Shown: in pieces, positions 26,139-41,023 of the stretch
How positions within the stretch are numbered: position 1 is the stretch's first letter
How the letters are laid out: every line of letters begins with the position of its first letter
From: Octopus vulgaris
Lineage: Eukaryota
Length of the DNA stretch: 64,000 nt
Assembly: GCA_951406725.2 (NCBI GenBank)
Contig: OX597831.1
Location: 40,858,001-40,922,000, forward strand
Direction: 5' to 3'
Notes under the pieces: generated by a model
What the model was told of the DNA's origin: nothing
The model's database searches: none
Seen by the model: the letters and a program-made list of their open reading frames with translations, nothing else
Translations under genes and position numbers: made by a program

Positions 26139-26351
26139 GGTGCGAGAAAATGGTTGAGCAATAGTTATTCTAGGGAAGATATGAAATAGAGAGTGAAGTG
26201 AAGGAATAAAGAAAACAGACGTGAGCCCCGAATAAGTGCTGTTTAAGGATGTCGAACGAAACACCCATTTTCCACAGGTGAATTATCCAAACACCAAAGA
26301 ATTATTTTCAACCTTTGGGTCTTCTTGACACCATTACTTCTCATGACCTCA

Positions 26352-26391
<40 letters not shown>

Positions 26392-26402
26392 GTATATATA
26401 TA

Positions 26403-26446
<44 letters not shown>

Positions 26447-26697
26447 TGTATGTATGTATATATATATATGAATATATATACATACATACATACGTACTGA
26501 CGCATGCATATTTAAGAATGCATCCGCATTCTATACATTTGTATGTTTGTGCGTTGCACGTATATTGTTCATATTTATATATCTTTATAGATATATAAAT
26601 GAATCTATGTAAGTCCGGGAATCGAAATCATTACCTCAAGACAGTGAGACCGATGCTCTAACCACTGAGCCGTGTGTCTTCCCATCTCTTCCCCTTT

Positions 26698-26720
26698 ATG
26701 TATGTATGTATGTATGTATG

Positions 26721-26754
<34 letters not shown>

Positions 26755-26864
26755 TGTATGTATGCATGTATGTATGCATGTATGTATGTATGTATGTATG
26801 TATGTATGTATGTATGTATGTATGTATGTATGTATGCATGTATGTATGTATGTATGTATATATG

Positions 26865-26898
<34 letters not shown>

Positions 26899-27248
26899 TT
26901 ATGTATTATGTATGTATGTATGTATGTATGTATGTATGTATGCATGTATGTATGTATGTATATATGTATGCATGTATATATATATGTATGTATGTATGTA
27001 TGTATATATGTATGTATGTATGTATGTATGCATGTATGTATGCATGTATGTATGTATGTATGTATATATGTATGTATGTATGTATGTATGCATGTATGTA
27101 TGCATGTATGTATGTATGTATATATGTATATACGTATGTATGTATGTATTATGTATGTATGTATGTATTATGTATGCATGTATGTATGTATGTATGTATG
27201 TATGTATATATGTATGTATGCATGTATATATATATGTATGTATGTATG

Positions 27249-27279
<31 letters not shown>

Positions 27280-27445
27280 ATATGTATGTATATATGTATG
27301 TATGTATGTATGTATGCATGTATGTATGTATGCATGCATGCATGTATGTATGCATGCATGTATGTATGTATGTATGTATGTATGTATGTATGTATGTATG
27401 TATGTATGTATGTATGCATGCATGTATGTATGTTTGTATGTATGT
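26698..27445. repeat. (TATG)n tract of about 750 bp with CATG and TA variants
   Basis: Directly visible. Confidence 0.98.
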
Positions 27446-27904
27446 CTGTATTCTTTTTGTTTGTTTAGGGCAAATGCCTCTGAGTACAAAATGCTCCCAT
27501 GCGTTTTGTTGTTGACTGCCACCTGTTATTCCCATTTCCCAGAGTAATTCTATGGAATGGTTTATACCTGCGGAACTTCTTACAACTTAGGATTATTATT
27601 AGTAATAACGAATATCATTTCTGAATAGGAAATGTTTATATTATATTAATGCATTGCAACATACGTTTATGCATACCACATATCCGTCTGTGAATACATT
27701 CTCACATCTAGAGAATATTATTAAATATCATTTATAATATCTATGAATCTCTCGAGCATGTGATTGTCTACGCGTATCTTTCATAGGGCATGTATCTATG
27801 TATGTATGTATGCATGTATGTATGTATGTATGTATGTATGTATGTATGTATGTATGTATGTATGTATGTATGTATGTATGTATGTATGTATGTATGTATG
27901 CATG

Positions 27905-27935
<31 letters not shown>

Positions 27936-27961
27936 GTCTACATGTATTTCTGGTTGTATAA

Positions 27962-28069
<108 letters not shown>

Positions 28070-28299
28070 GTGGATGTAAGTATTAAGGAAAGATATATGA
28101 ATATTACAACTCTCATCTTGCAAAGAATAACAAGTTAATTGTTTTGAAAGGAAAATAGGGCGGGGGAGAAAATTCACAGCAACAATGCTCTTCCCAATAC
28201 GTGTGATGTAGCAGTTAAAATAGTCTTTGGTATTTCTTGCATGGATGGTAAGCCAGGGATCATCCTCAAATAATTCTCAGTTCTTTATAATAATAATAA

Positions 28300-28377
<78 letters not shown>

Positions 28378-28400
28378 CATTATTATTATCATTATTATTA

Positions 28401-28931
28401 CTGAGTGAGAGAGCAGTACATGCCATCAAAGTGACACTAGTTTACTCATCATGACTACCCGTCTGATAAGGGTACGCCAGGCACATGCATCATAACAATA
28501 TGTGCGCGACATGGGAATCTCATATCAGGATTAACAGTGCATGACCTTGCAGGTGGGGCCCAGTTAGAGTTTTCTTCAGGTCGAGGAGCCTATCTCGCTC
28601 AAAAGGGCTCTGAATAAGAGTTATTGAGCGAAACACCCATTTTTCCAGGATTAAATTATCCAGACCCCAAAGAACTGCTTTCAACACATTGCTATGATGC
28701 TCCCCCACTACTTCTGCTCGTGGTCAGAGATGCACATATCGTCAGCCACTAAGGGACATGCTCAACTGGTTATGGTCAAACAACTGACAAGCAAATCTGT
28801 GGCATTGAGCAGAATATTTGCTGTAGCCCATCTGTTACACCATGACAAAACAATGTACATGATAACACTTCCAATCAGTTAAGATCAGAAGCTACGAGAG
28901 CCACTGCCTGGCACGGCATCAGGGCACTTGG
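28401..28931 (-). mobile_element. Non-coding (TAA)n-embedded element, longest copy (about 530 bp)
   Basis: Contains the segments seen at 9529-9868 and 16735-16894 plus about 230 bp more 5' sequence; (TAT)n on both sides; no recognisable ORF. Confidence 0.8.
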
Positions 28932-29012
28932 TATTATTATTATTAGTAGTAGTAATAGTAGTAGTAGTAGTAGTAGTATAATTATTATTATTATTACTAT
29001 TATTATTATTAC

Positions 29013-29051
<39 letters not shown>

Positions 29052-29104
29052 TATTATTATTATTACCATTATTATTATTATTGTTATTATTACTATTATT
29101 ATTA

Positions 29105-29144
<40 letters not shown>

Positions 29145-29194
29145 GACGATGGTGATGATGAAGATGATGATGATCATCATCATCATAATTATTT

Positions 29195-29645
29195 CCATTT
29201 CATTTCTCAGAACTCTTGATTTCACTTGCTCTAGTTAATTCTGTAAGAGCATTCAGCAACCTGGATCTCACGGGCTCTCTTCCCACAGTACTTGACGTCT
29301 AAGCTCTGATCTCAAAATCCTCGATGTCTCCAATAGAACAATTTTCTGAGCACGTTTCGCTACCATGTCAACCCCAATTTCCCCAACAAATTTCTCAAAT
29401 CCGGTTGTTAATGTTCCCAATGCTCCACCAAACTACCGGGATTGCAGTTATTTTCTTCATTGCCCTCATTCGTGCAATATTATTTTTTAGTGGCTTGCAC
29501 TTTCAAAATGAATTGTAAAATCCCACGAGAGTGTTTTTTACTCATTATTCTCGGTGGCGCTTTCTGGTTTGCCCTCTTACCATTTCAATGTCCTTTCAAG
29601 ACCATCCTTCTCGCACAGTCGCCAATGGATATACTTAGCTACGTT
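29195..29645 (-). mobile_element. Degraded R4/Dong-type 3' fragment
   Basis: NVAKYIHWRLCEKDGL..KW*EGKPES..EN; GALGTLTTGFEKFVGEIGVDM..QKIVLLETSRIL; its 3' end abuts a (TAA/TGA)-type tract. Confidence 0.7.
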
Positions 29646-30529
29646 ACCATAACTCCTCCTCCTCCTCCTCCTCCACCACCTCTCCTCGTTATTATTATTG
29701 CTGTTTTGGTTCTTCTTATTACTATTGTTATTGTCATCTATGTATTAATACACTGCGGGCGAATTGCCTTTCGCTGTCACAGGTGAAGGAAGAGGCAAAG
29801 AACGAGAGAGAAGTGTTAACGACGTGAGGTTGGGGGGAAGTAATAGTTATCATGCTAAGAAGCTGTCATGTGATTAATTCAAGGGGAAAATGAACCGACA
29901 GAGAGGGAGAGGGAGAGAGTGAGTGTGAAAGAAAGAGATAGACAGAGAGAATGTTAGCACTGAGAGACAAGAGAAATGGTATTGCTATTATGTTAGTGTG
30001 GTTAGTTGAGGAAAACGATAAAAAGCAGAGAGAGATATTATCATGTTAAGTGGTGAAGGCATGTGGTTTAGTTAAAACGAGATGCAAAGAGAAAGAGAAG
30101 GAGAAAGCGAGTGAGTGTTGCCTGAATGAATGCGGGAGTGAAAAGCAGTTTCATGATTTTAAACGTCGTAATAGAATATTGTGACAGACACTAAAAATAA
30201 AACTTTAATTGTTACAGGTTTTAATGTTCAGTCGTTTCTATGTCTCCAATTTGTCGATGTATCTATGTGGATTCATAGATTTAGTGACGGAGAGAAGACA
30301 GGAAGAAGGATGGCTAGATATATCGATACAGTTCAATCGAAGTGAAGTAACCTTAGCAAATAGCTGTGGATGTTATTTTTACCTTATTACCTTCTTATGT
30401 CCGCAGTCCGAAAGCTGAGACCATGCTGGAGCACTGCAGTTATTTCGGTTCTTTTGGGTGAGTGGATTTTTTTTTGTTTAAATGTGTAAATAGTTAGATA
30501 GATAGATAGATAGATATCTCGATAAATAA

Positions 30530-30661
<132 letters not shown>

Positions 30662-30705
30662 GGAGGGAGGGAGGGGATGGGAGGGGAGGGAGGGGGAGGG
30701 GGTAC

Positions 30706-30738
<33 letters not shown>

Positions 30739-30859
30739 CTGATTGATTGCTCCCTGTGTGGATTTTTACATCTCAGAATCAAATGCTTAACAAAGACTGT
30801 ACAATTTCATCATACAATCTTCCAAATAACTGCAGAATTTCCATGGTGATATGCTGTCC

Positions 30860-31004
30860 TTACGTTCTGAGTTCAAATTTCACCAAGATCGATTTTGCCT
30901 TTCATCCTTTCAGGGTCGATAAATTAAGTACCATTGGAGTACTGGGATCGATGTAATCGACTTACCCATTCCCATAACATTTCTGGCATTGTGCCTTTAG
31001 TAGA

Positions 31005-31010
<6 letters not shown>
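30860..31010 (+). mobile_element. 5'-truncated SINE-A ending in (TAT)n
   Basis: TACGTTCTGAGTTCAAATTT..GCCTTTCATCCTTTCAGGGTCGATAA; another copy at 32083-32285. Confidence 0.8.
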
Positions 31011-31044
<34 letters not shown>

Positions 31045-31047
<3 letters not shown>

Positions 31048-31939
31048 TAGTTTTAGTTTTATTTTTATAGCGTGCTTTCACTTCACTACCGAGCGCAGCT
31101 CTGTGTGCCTTGGGTATGTGCTGTGATTTGTTGTGATGCTCTGATGGTTATTGTATGGAAAGTGTTCTGCGTAGGATGTGTGCAGTGCCTAGTAGTGCAA
31201 TTTTCTGTATGTTATATGTGTTTGTAAGTCCTGGTGTTTTTGTTATGTATTTGTCTGAATATTTTTTTATCATGCCTAATGCACCTACTATGATAGGAAT
31301 TGTTTCTGTTTTCAGATTCCACATTCTAGTTACCTCTATTTCCAGGTCTTTGTATTTTGAGAGTTTCTCCATTTCTTTTAGAGACACGTTGTCATCTGCC
31401 GGTACTGATACATCAATTAGAAAGCATTTTTTTCTCATGGTCTCTGACAACTATATCTGGTCTGTTGGCCTTAATTTCTCTATCTGTGTGTATCGGCATA
31501 TCCCAGAGTATGGTTGCTTTCTCGTTTTCTGTGACCTTTTCTGGTGTGTGCCTATACCATCTTTTTCTGTTGTTATTCCATAATGTTGGCATAGCTTCCA
31601 ATGTATGTAGGTTCCAACTCTGTCATGTCTGTGAATATATTCCTTCTTAGCCAGGATTGGGCAGCTAGAGATAATGTGATTTATTGTTTCTTGTCCATCT
31701 CCACATATTCTGCAGTTACTTGTAATATTTCTTTTCATTACATGTTTTTGGTAATTTCTGGTGGGGAGGCTTTGGTCTTGTGCTGCAATTAAAAATCCCT
31801 CTGTTTCTGCTTTGAGTCCTGAGCTTCTCAACCATTGCTGGGATTTTTCTTTGTCTATTTCTTTTGCGTTTAGTTTAGTCCAGTATTTACCATGAAGGGG
31901 CTTTTCTTGCCATCGTTTTATCATGGTTCGTTGCTGTTC
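31045..31939 (-). mobile_element. Young 5'-truncated R4/Dong-type LINE (zinc knuckle + RLE) in (TAA)n
   Basis: WQEKPLHGKY..AETEGFLIAAQDQSLPTRNY..CRICGDGQETINHIISSC..RHDRV..ILWD..RPDIVV..IDVSVP..EKLSKYKDL..QKIALLGTAHILRRTLSIQ*. Only two frameshifts; (TAT)n on both sides. Confidence 0.93.
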
Positions 31940-32002
<63 letters not shown>

Positions 32003-32019
32003 CATTATTATTATTATTA

Positions 32020-32083
<64 letters not shown>

Positions 32084-33300
32084 GACAGCGAGCTGGCAGA
32101 ATCCTTAGCACGTTGGGCGAAATGCTTAGTGGTATTTCTGAATTCAAATCCTACCGAGGCTGACTTTGCCTTTCATCCTTTCAGGGCCGATTAATTAAAT
32201 ACCAGTTGAACACTGGGGTCGATGTGATCGACACATCTCCTCCTTCAAAATGGCTGCCTTTGTGGCAAGATTTAAAACCATTATTATTGTTGTTGTTGTT
32301 GTTGTTAAGACGGCAAGCGGGCGGAATCGTTGGCATGCCGGACAAGATGCAGTTTCACATTGTGAATCAGGTGACATTTGTAGATTCTCAATGTGCCTGA
32401 AGCAGAAACAGATGTTAGACATGTGTTAGCATATGTGCGTGGATGTGTATTGTGTGTTGTGTGCATGCGTGTGTGTTTATTTGTGCGAGTGTGTGTGCGC
32501 GCGCGCGCATGTGTGTGTTTGTGTGTGTGTGTGCGTGTGTGCGTGTGTGTGTTTGTGTGTGTGCGTGTTTTTATGTGTGTGCGTGTTTGTGTGTGTTTGT
32601 GTGTATGCGCGTGCGTGTGTGTGTTGGGTGGGTGGGTGCGTGCGTATGTGTATGCGTGCGCGCATGGGTGTGTTTGTTTGTGTGTTTGTCTGTGTGTTTG
32701 TATGCGTGTATGTGTGTTTGTATGTGTGCGCGCGTGTGTGTGTATATGTGCGTGTGTGCGTGCTTGCGTGCGTGCGTGTTTGTGTGTGTGCTTGCGTGTG
32801 TGTGTGTTTTCCCGCCATTAACACCACTGCTTGACCACTGGTGTTGTTTTTATACTTTTTACGTCTTAGTATTTCAGCAAAACGAAATCAAATAGAATAA
32901 GAACCAATTTTTTAAAAATCAATCCTGGGATCGATTTCTTCGACGGAACCCTTCAAGGCGCTGCCCTAGCATGGCCACTGTCCAGTGACTGAAACAAGTG
33001 GAAAGATAAAAGGATATTTATGAGATGTAGGTGTTTATTTCGCTGTTCTATAAATTATTTTGTAATCACCTGATATGAAGAGACACAGAATAGTGACTCT
33101 TTCATTTCACGTATAAGATTACAGGTGTTTAATTACATTGAATGTCAGGTATGATGTTTTAAAGAGAGTAATCATTATTGAATAGTGTCATTTATTACTT
33201 CATTAGATTCATTTCTATTATAAGCACAAGGGGGAGGGGTAGTCGATCAGATCGACCCCAGTGCCAAACTGTTACTTAATTTATTGACAGATTGAAAGGC

Positions 33301-33922
33301 AGGATAAAAGGCAATTTATCGACAGGATAAAAGGCAATTTACCGTCAGGATGAAAGGCAATTTATCGGCAGGCTAGAAGGCAATTTATTAGCAGGATTAA
33401 AGGCAATTTATCGACTGGATGAAAGGCAATTTATCGACAGGATGAAAGCCTATTTATGGACAGGATTAAAGGCAATTTATCGACAAGATGAAAGGTAATT
33501 TATCGACAGGATAAAAGGCAATTTATCGACAGGATGAAAGGCAATTTATCGACAAGATGAAAGGCAATTTATCATCAGGATAAAAGGCAATTTATCGACA
33601 AGATGAAAGGCAATTTATCGACAGGATGAAAGGCAATTTATCATCAGGATAAAAGGCAATTTATCGACAAGATGAAAGGCAATTTATCGACAGGATTAAA
33701 GGCAATTTATCGACACGATGAAAGGTAATTTATCGACAAGATAAAAGGCAATTTATCGACAGGATAAAAGGCAATTTATCGACCGGATGAAATGCAATTT
33801 ATCGGTAGGATAAAGGCAATTTATCGACTGGATGAAAGCCTATTTATGGACAGGATAAAAGGCAATTTATCGACTGGATGAAAGCCTATTTATGGACAGG
33901 ATAAAAGGCAATTTATCGACAG
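33301..33922 (+). repeat. 23-bp minisatellite, about 27 copies, unit AGGAT(G/A)AAAGGCAATTTATCGAC
   Basis: Contiguous units with no spacers; the unit is built from SINE-A core words. Confidence 0.95.
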
Positions 33923-34170
33923 AAAGCCTTGTGAGTGGATTTGGTAGACCTGTCGTATATATGTATATATATGTGTGTGTGTGCGTTTGTGTGTCTGTCT
34001 TTGTCCCCCTAACATCGCTTGACAACCGATGCTGGTGTGTTTACGTCCCCGTAACTTAGCGCTTCGGCATAAGAGACTGATAGAATAAGTACCAGGTTTA
34101 GAAAGAATAAGTCCGGTGGTCGATTTGCTCGACTAAAGGCGGTGCTCCTGCATGGTCGCACTCAAATGAC
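33923..34170 (+). mobile_element. SINE-B 3' portion fused directly to the minisatellite
   Basis: Starts abruptly at AAAGCCTTGTGAGTGGATTTGGTAGAC. Confidence 0.85.
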
Positions 34171-34806
34171 TTTTGGTTCTGTTATTGCTTGGGAGGAACT
34201 TCTAGATATGCTGATGTTCGAAGGTGGGTTGAACCAAATTCAATTTATTTTCGCTTTTGTTCTGTCGTTGTGTAAGAGGCGTTTCTTCTACCCTAGTTCC
34301 TCGATAAAGAAATTTTTGTTCTTGCGCACATATAATAGATGCCAGCCAGGTTTAAATGAAACATTGGAAACCCCATTACAGACACCACCTATGGGAGTCT
34401 TGATTGTGGTTTAGGCATTTAATAAGATCTATAATCAGGTTTTGCTAAATGCCTAAAACGTTAACTAATTTAAGCTGACAGTAATAGTGCGGGTTTTAAT
34501 AATATAGCAACCAGCCGTCAATTGGTACGACGAAAATGTTGACACCAAATAATAAGTGTTTAAGTTAAATCAACAGACTTCATGTGTCTTTTTTCTCTTT
34601 TGTCTTGTGAGCGGCTAGTATGTACCTTCTCTGCTGTAATTATTTAAATTTCAACATATCGTCTCAGATCAAATCACTTGCCTGACAAGTATTTCTCCGA
34701 CATATATGTGTGTGGGGGGAGGGTGTATGTATGTATGTATGTACATATGTGTATGTATGTATGTATGTACGTGTGTGTGTGTGGAAAGTTTCTGGCTTTG
34801 TGTGTT

Positions 34807-35033
34807 CTTGCGTGTGTGTGTGTTTGCCCGCCATTAATACCACTGCTTGACCACTGGTGTTGTTTTTATACTTTTTACGTCTTAGTATTTCAGCAAAACG
34901 AAATCAAATAGAATAAGAACCAATTTTTTAAAAATCAATCCTGGGATCGATTTCTTCGACGGAACCCTTCAAGGCGAAGCCCCAGCATGGCCGCTCTCCA
35001 GTGACTGAAACAAGTGGAAAGATAAAAGGATAT
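34807..35033 (+). repeat. Local copy of 32791-33016 (diverged SINE-B 3' half)
   Basis: The two copies share private variants absent from other SINE-B copies in the window. Confidence 0.9.
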
Positions 35034-35559
35034 GTGTGTGTATGTATGTATGTATGTATGTATGTACGTGTGTGTGTGTGTGTGGAAAGTTTCTGGTTTG
35101 GGTAAAAGAAAATGCAGGATCGGTTGATTATGATTTTATTTAACGTATTTATCTGTCAGATCCATACACTCATTGCAGCGGTCCTTCAGTTTTTCTAAGC
35201 CCTGTAAAAGAACTCGGAAGGTTCGGCCTCCAACCAGACATTTCGCGACACCCTTAAAGTCAGGAATTTTTGAGCACCCAAGAGGTTCTCTCATTTTTTT
35301 CTTGCATAGGTTTCACGACTGTGCATTATAGCTCTGCATTAAATGACCCAATTGCAACAGAATGATCTGTAATAGTTAAGCATCGAAATACTCTTAGAAC
35401 ATTCAATGCACAGTTCCAGACAACCACAATGGTGGAACGTACGTAGGAACAGATGATGTAAACTCGTGTTTTTCTTAACTTCTCTTTCATTTGCTCAATG
35501 TATCATAACTAATAATATTATTAAGTATATGTAACTATAGTAACACCGATAAGGAGGTG

Positions 35560-35940
35560 CTTTATTCCGTTCACCAAAGTGAATGGTGCATAAGCCAGGA
35601 GGAACTGGTGCCATCAAACATTTTCCAACGTTCAGTAGATGCTTCGACTCTGAACTGTAATACCGTCCCGCTGGTGGGTCAACAGAGGTGACCAATTCAC
35701 TGTTCCTCACTCCCTCCTGGCTTCCAGCTTAACTCCTCTCTCTTGCTCCAAAGCCAACAAGAGGATCTTTCAGATGTCTCTCCCAGCCTGCGCACAGTCA
35801 CCCTTCGCACAGTCACCCTTCGCTCCATTTCCTCTCAATCCAATGGTTGTAAGCGACCTCCATGCCGACTGAGCAGGATATCTTCGACTGAGAAAAAGCC
35901 ATACCTACCATCCCTTCTATATTGGAAGCAGACTGGATAA
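35560..35940 (-). mobile_element. 3' end of a HERO/NeSL-type RLE LINE
   Basis: GW*VWLF..YPAQSAWRSLTTIGLRG..VTVRRLGETSERSSCWLWSKREELSWKPGG matches the 'AE.SS.WLW.KR' C-terminus of this group. Confidence 0.65.
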
Positions 35941-36147
35941 TGGTAATATATGTGGAACTCTAAACCCAGCAGGTGCGGCACTATACCTATTTCTACTCAC
36001 AAGATACACTACCTGCGCGCGTGCGTGTATGAGTGTGTGCGCGTGTCTGTGCAAGAGAGGGAGAGAGTGGGGGGCAAAAAACGTAGAGATAGCAATTTCT
36101 ATAATTTGCAATCATTTATTGTTTTTTTGTTTTTTTTTCATTTCCAG

Positions 36148-36173
36148 TTTTGTATCGGTCGACGAGGAAAAGG
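36148..36173 (+). other. Candidate 26-nt host micro-exon
   Basis: Long T tract + TTTCCAG | TTTTGTATCGGTCGACGAGGAAAAGG | GTGAGT; open in all three frames. Confidence 0.4.
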
Positions 36174-36367
36174 GTGAGTGATTGAAAACTCGATGCAGAA
36201 ATGTAATTTCTGCTAGACTAAACACTCTGAGAATCTATACACTCCAGACAAAATGAAGATGATAATAATATCAAGCACTTTTGTCTTTCACTAAAACAAA
36301 AAAAAAAAACAACAGAATATGGACATACATACATACTAAACACTTGTATATATATATATATCTGTGC

Positions 36368-36448
<81 letters not shown>

Positions 36449-36607
36449 AAAATATATATTTATATACATATAGAAATACATATATATATGTATACGTATA
36501 TACAAATATATATATATATGCACACATATATACATATATATACAAATATATATATGCACACATATATACATATATGCATATTATGTATGTGCGTACATAC
36601 AAGTATG

Positions 36608-36652
<45 letters not shown>

Positions 36653-36730
36653 ATATATATAATTATATATATAGGTAGGTAGGTAGGTAGGTAGGTAGGT
36701 AGATAGATAGATAGATAGATAGATAGATAT

Positions 36731-36767
<37 letters not shown>

Positions 36768-36788
36768 TAGATAGACAGATAGATAGAT

Positions 36789-36823
<35 letters not shown>

Positions 36824-36828
36824 TAGAC

Positions 36829-36866
<38 letters not shown>

Positions 36867-37139
36867 GTAGATAGATAGGTAAATAGATAGATAGAGAGAG
36901 AGACAGATAGACACGTATATATCTATACGTACATATAGATATATACACCCACATATATATATACATATATTATATCGGTATAATATAAGTATTTTTTAGG
37001 CGTCTTTATTATACAATATGACTGTGTATGTATGCGTGTAATACGTGCTAGTTCGATTGTGTGTGTGTTCGTATGTGTCTGCGCGGGTGTCCAGCCGTCC
37101 AGGCATGTAGTTTTTCTCTGTGTATGTGTGTTTATTCGT

Positions 37140-37238
<99 letters not shown>

Positions 37239-37585
37239 TGTGCGTCTGTGTGTGCGCGCGCATGCGTTAAACTTTACTCCAAAAAGAGAGCTACTTTGGA
37301 TGACATTTAATAAATCTTTCAGTTAGAGTTTATTAAATGTCAGCGAATTAGGAGAGACAGACGGAAGAACCGTTTGTGACTCAAAACACAGAAATTAAAC
37401 TTTTAACGGTGGCCATTTTGCTTAAATGCATATACATATATAAATTTATATATATACATATATACATACATACATATCCATTTATATATTCATATATATA
37501 TACACATATATATATACATATACATATATATACATATACATATATATACATATATATATATACATATATATATACATATATATAC

Positions 37586-37635
<50 letters not shown>

Positions 37636-37715
37636 GTATATATGTATATATATATATATAAATATACATATATATATACATATATATACATATATATATA
37701 CATATATATTTATAC

Positions 37716-37771
<56 letters not shown>

Positions 37772-37850
37772 TCATATATATATATGCATATTATGTATAT
37801 ACATATATATATATACATATATATACATATATATATACATATATATATAC

Positions 37851-37897
<47 letters not shown>

Positions 37898-38105
37898 CAT
37901 ATATATATACATATATATATATATATATTCATATATATATATGCATATTATGTATATGTATATGCGTATGCATATGTGCAGACACAAATAAACAAACACG
38001 AATGTGTGTGTATGTATTTTATTAAGTTACGTTGGTGTATATATGATAGTCTGGTCGGTACAGTGATACAGTGACAGTGATATATCCTCTATCGTTCTCT
38101 CTCTT

Positions 38106-38156
<51 letters not shown>

Positions 38157-38543
38157 ATTCTTTTACTATTTTACTCTTTTATTTGTTTGTAATTTGACTG
38201 CGGCCATACTGGAGCAAATATATATGTGTGTGTGTGTGTATGTATGTATATATACACACACACACACACATACACACACACATACACACACACATACACA
38301 CACACATACACACACACACATACACACACACACTCATATATATATATATACACGCACACACACATGTATAAAGCAGTCAGCTGCCGGATTCTTCAGCACA
38401 CTTGACAAAATGCTTAGCGGCCGTTCGTTTGCACTTACTTTCTTAGTCCAAATTCCGCCGGGGTCGACCCCTCTTGGGGTCAATGAGCACTGATGATGAC
38501 ATAATCAACCGGAAACTGATGACCTTGCGTCAGCATCTGAAAC

Positions 38544-38578
<35 letters not shown>

Positions 38579-39012
38579 TACATATATATATATTAAGGTT
38601 TAGAAACTAAGCGCTAAACGCAGTATCCAAACTTTGTTTCAGGGAAAGTCCCAAGTAGTGTGTCTGCAGAGCACGTTCTCCACTTATTGCTACCAGGTGT
38701 CATGAACGATATTTCGCATTCATCATTGGATCGACGTCGCCGGCTTCATGTTGAACTGCACCCTAGAACACGTGTATCCGAACCACTAGAATTTCTCAGT
38801 ACCACCATTTGCCCTGAAATGAAATCGAAATGTACATCTGTGAACTCATAAGCACATTATGCCACCTGAAGAAGCTCTTTTGCAGTGTGTGTTGTATCTG
38901 GTGTTATTATATCATTCTACTCTCACTCGGGAGCCGTGCAAAATGAAGCCGAAACAATTGCTATGCTGATAAATGTTTTTTGTTATACTCCGTCTTTCTA
39001 TTAATCTTTAAA

Positions 39013-39071
<59 letters not shown>

Positions 39072-39250
39072 CGTGTATATATGTATAGTATTTTTTAATA
39101 ACAGTTGAACTCAACCTTATACGACATTAAGTTTCGTAGGTTCGTTGTATCGAGCGAAATCAGACTTTCGTTAAATAATATATATAAATCCTACCAAACG
39201 TATTAAAGGCCAGTTTCTGATGTTTGTCCACCACTCGTATGTGCAGACAA

Positions 39251-39344
<94 letters not shown>

Positions 39345-39697
39345 CGATAGATAGACAGATCTAGATATATGATTACCTTCAACACAGTTTCTGTGTACCA
39401 AATTTACTTACATGTCATTGGTTGGGCCGCTGTTATAGTAGAAACGCTTGCCCAAAGTGCCTCGTAGTGGAAATGAACCCCACCCCAAAGTACGTCCACA
39501 TGGGTTGCAAGATGAGCTTCTTAACCACGCAGCCTGGGCCTGTTCAAAGCACGACGTTCTAAAATGTCCTTTAAAAATATCAACGGATGCACTAAACATC
39601 GATATCCCTAAAAAAGAAAGAAAAGAAAGAAACCAGCATTCCAGCTTTTATTTATCTATTCAAATATCTATTTATATATTTATTTATTTATATATCT

Positions 39698-39731
<34 letters not shown>

Positions 39732-40291
39732 ATATATATATCATGACCCCGAATGCTAGATATCATATTCAGATATAAAAGATATCTTTAATTCCAATGA
39801 ACGGGATTTTTCAAGTTATTATCATGCACCAAAAACATGCATTATTATTCTTAAGAAATAAACAGATAGCACATGATATACGCTTTGCTTCTTTGATTTT
39901 TTTTCTTTTATCATGTTTGTTTTATTTTTTTTATTGTTTTTGGGTTTTTTTTTTTTGTTTTTGGTGGGGTTCTTTTGTTTTATTTTTATTTTTACAGATG
40001 ATAATACATGGTAATGAATGTGGTATCAGCTTATCTTGTTTACTCTTGCCTGTGTATATAGACACTAAAACATCGTATTAGTTATATAGATTGGAAATAA
40101 CATCATGGTAGATATATCTCGGTAAACATACCTCAGGCTCCATCAATTCAGTTTTTTTCTTTTTGCTTTTTTGTTCCTGCTTCTTTTATTTTATTTATTT
40201 TATTTTGTCTTAGAATTGGTAATAGATAATATTGCAGATACCAAGTTGTCCAATAGTCCGAAAGAAATGTATATACATATATGTGTATTTG

Positions 40292-40372
<81 letters not shown>

Positions 40373-40518
40373 ATGTATGTATGTATATATGTATAAATGT
40401 ATACATATATCCATATCTATTTATATACAGATAAGTATATACATATATATATGCAAATATATGTTCATATATCTGCATATACACATATGCATATATATAC
40501 ATATATATATATATGCAA

Positions 40519-40565
<47 letters not shown>

Positions 40566-40680
40566 TATATATATGTATATGTGTGCACATGTATGTGTAT
40601 ATATATATACATAAATTCTTTCTGCTGATTTCGTCTCAAAAAAGTCATACCACTGTCTTAGTACAAAGTGAAGGAGCTTC

Positions 40681-40723
<43 letters not shown>

Positions 40724-40986
40724 ACGCACACACACACACACACACGCCACGGTAGACATCCTATATAACGACCACACCGGAGAAGATCTAAAGAGACTTT
40801 ATTGGGAATTTTCCGTTGTCTACAAACTTTGTGCTTTTTTAATACACGTATTACGTAAGCAAAAAAACATTACATTGAAGGAAAAATACAGGTGAACTAT
40901 AATGAATACCAACTTATAAGCCGCTGATTACCCAGAGAGCAATTAGCCACTAATTACTCAGAGAATAATTATGGCAAAAGTATGTA

Positions 40987-41020
<34 letters not shown>

Positions 41021-41023
<3 letters not shown>

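Noticed and set aside
26672-27547. Long ORFs (up to 291 aa) of MYVC/YI/HT/CV repeats here and throughout the window
   Set aside because: Translations of stop-free microsatellites.
33301-33922. CRISPR-like array
   Set aside because: Units are contiguous with no unique spacers, there are no cas genes, the context is eukaryotic, and the unit derives from SINE-A.
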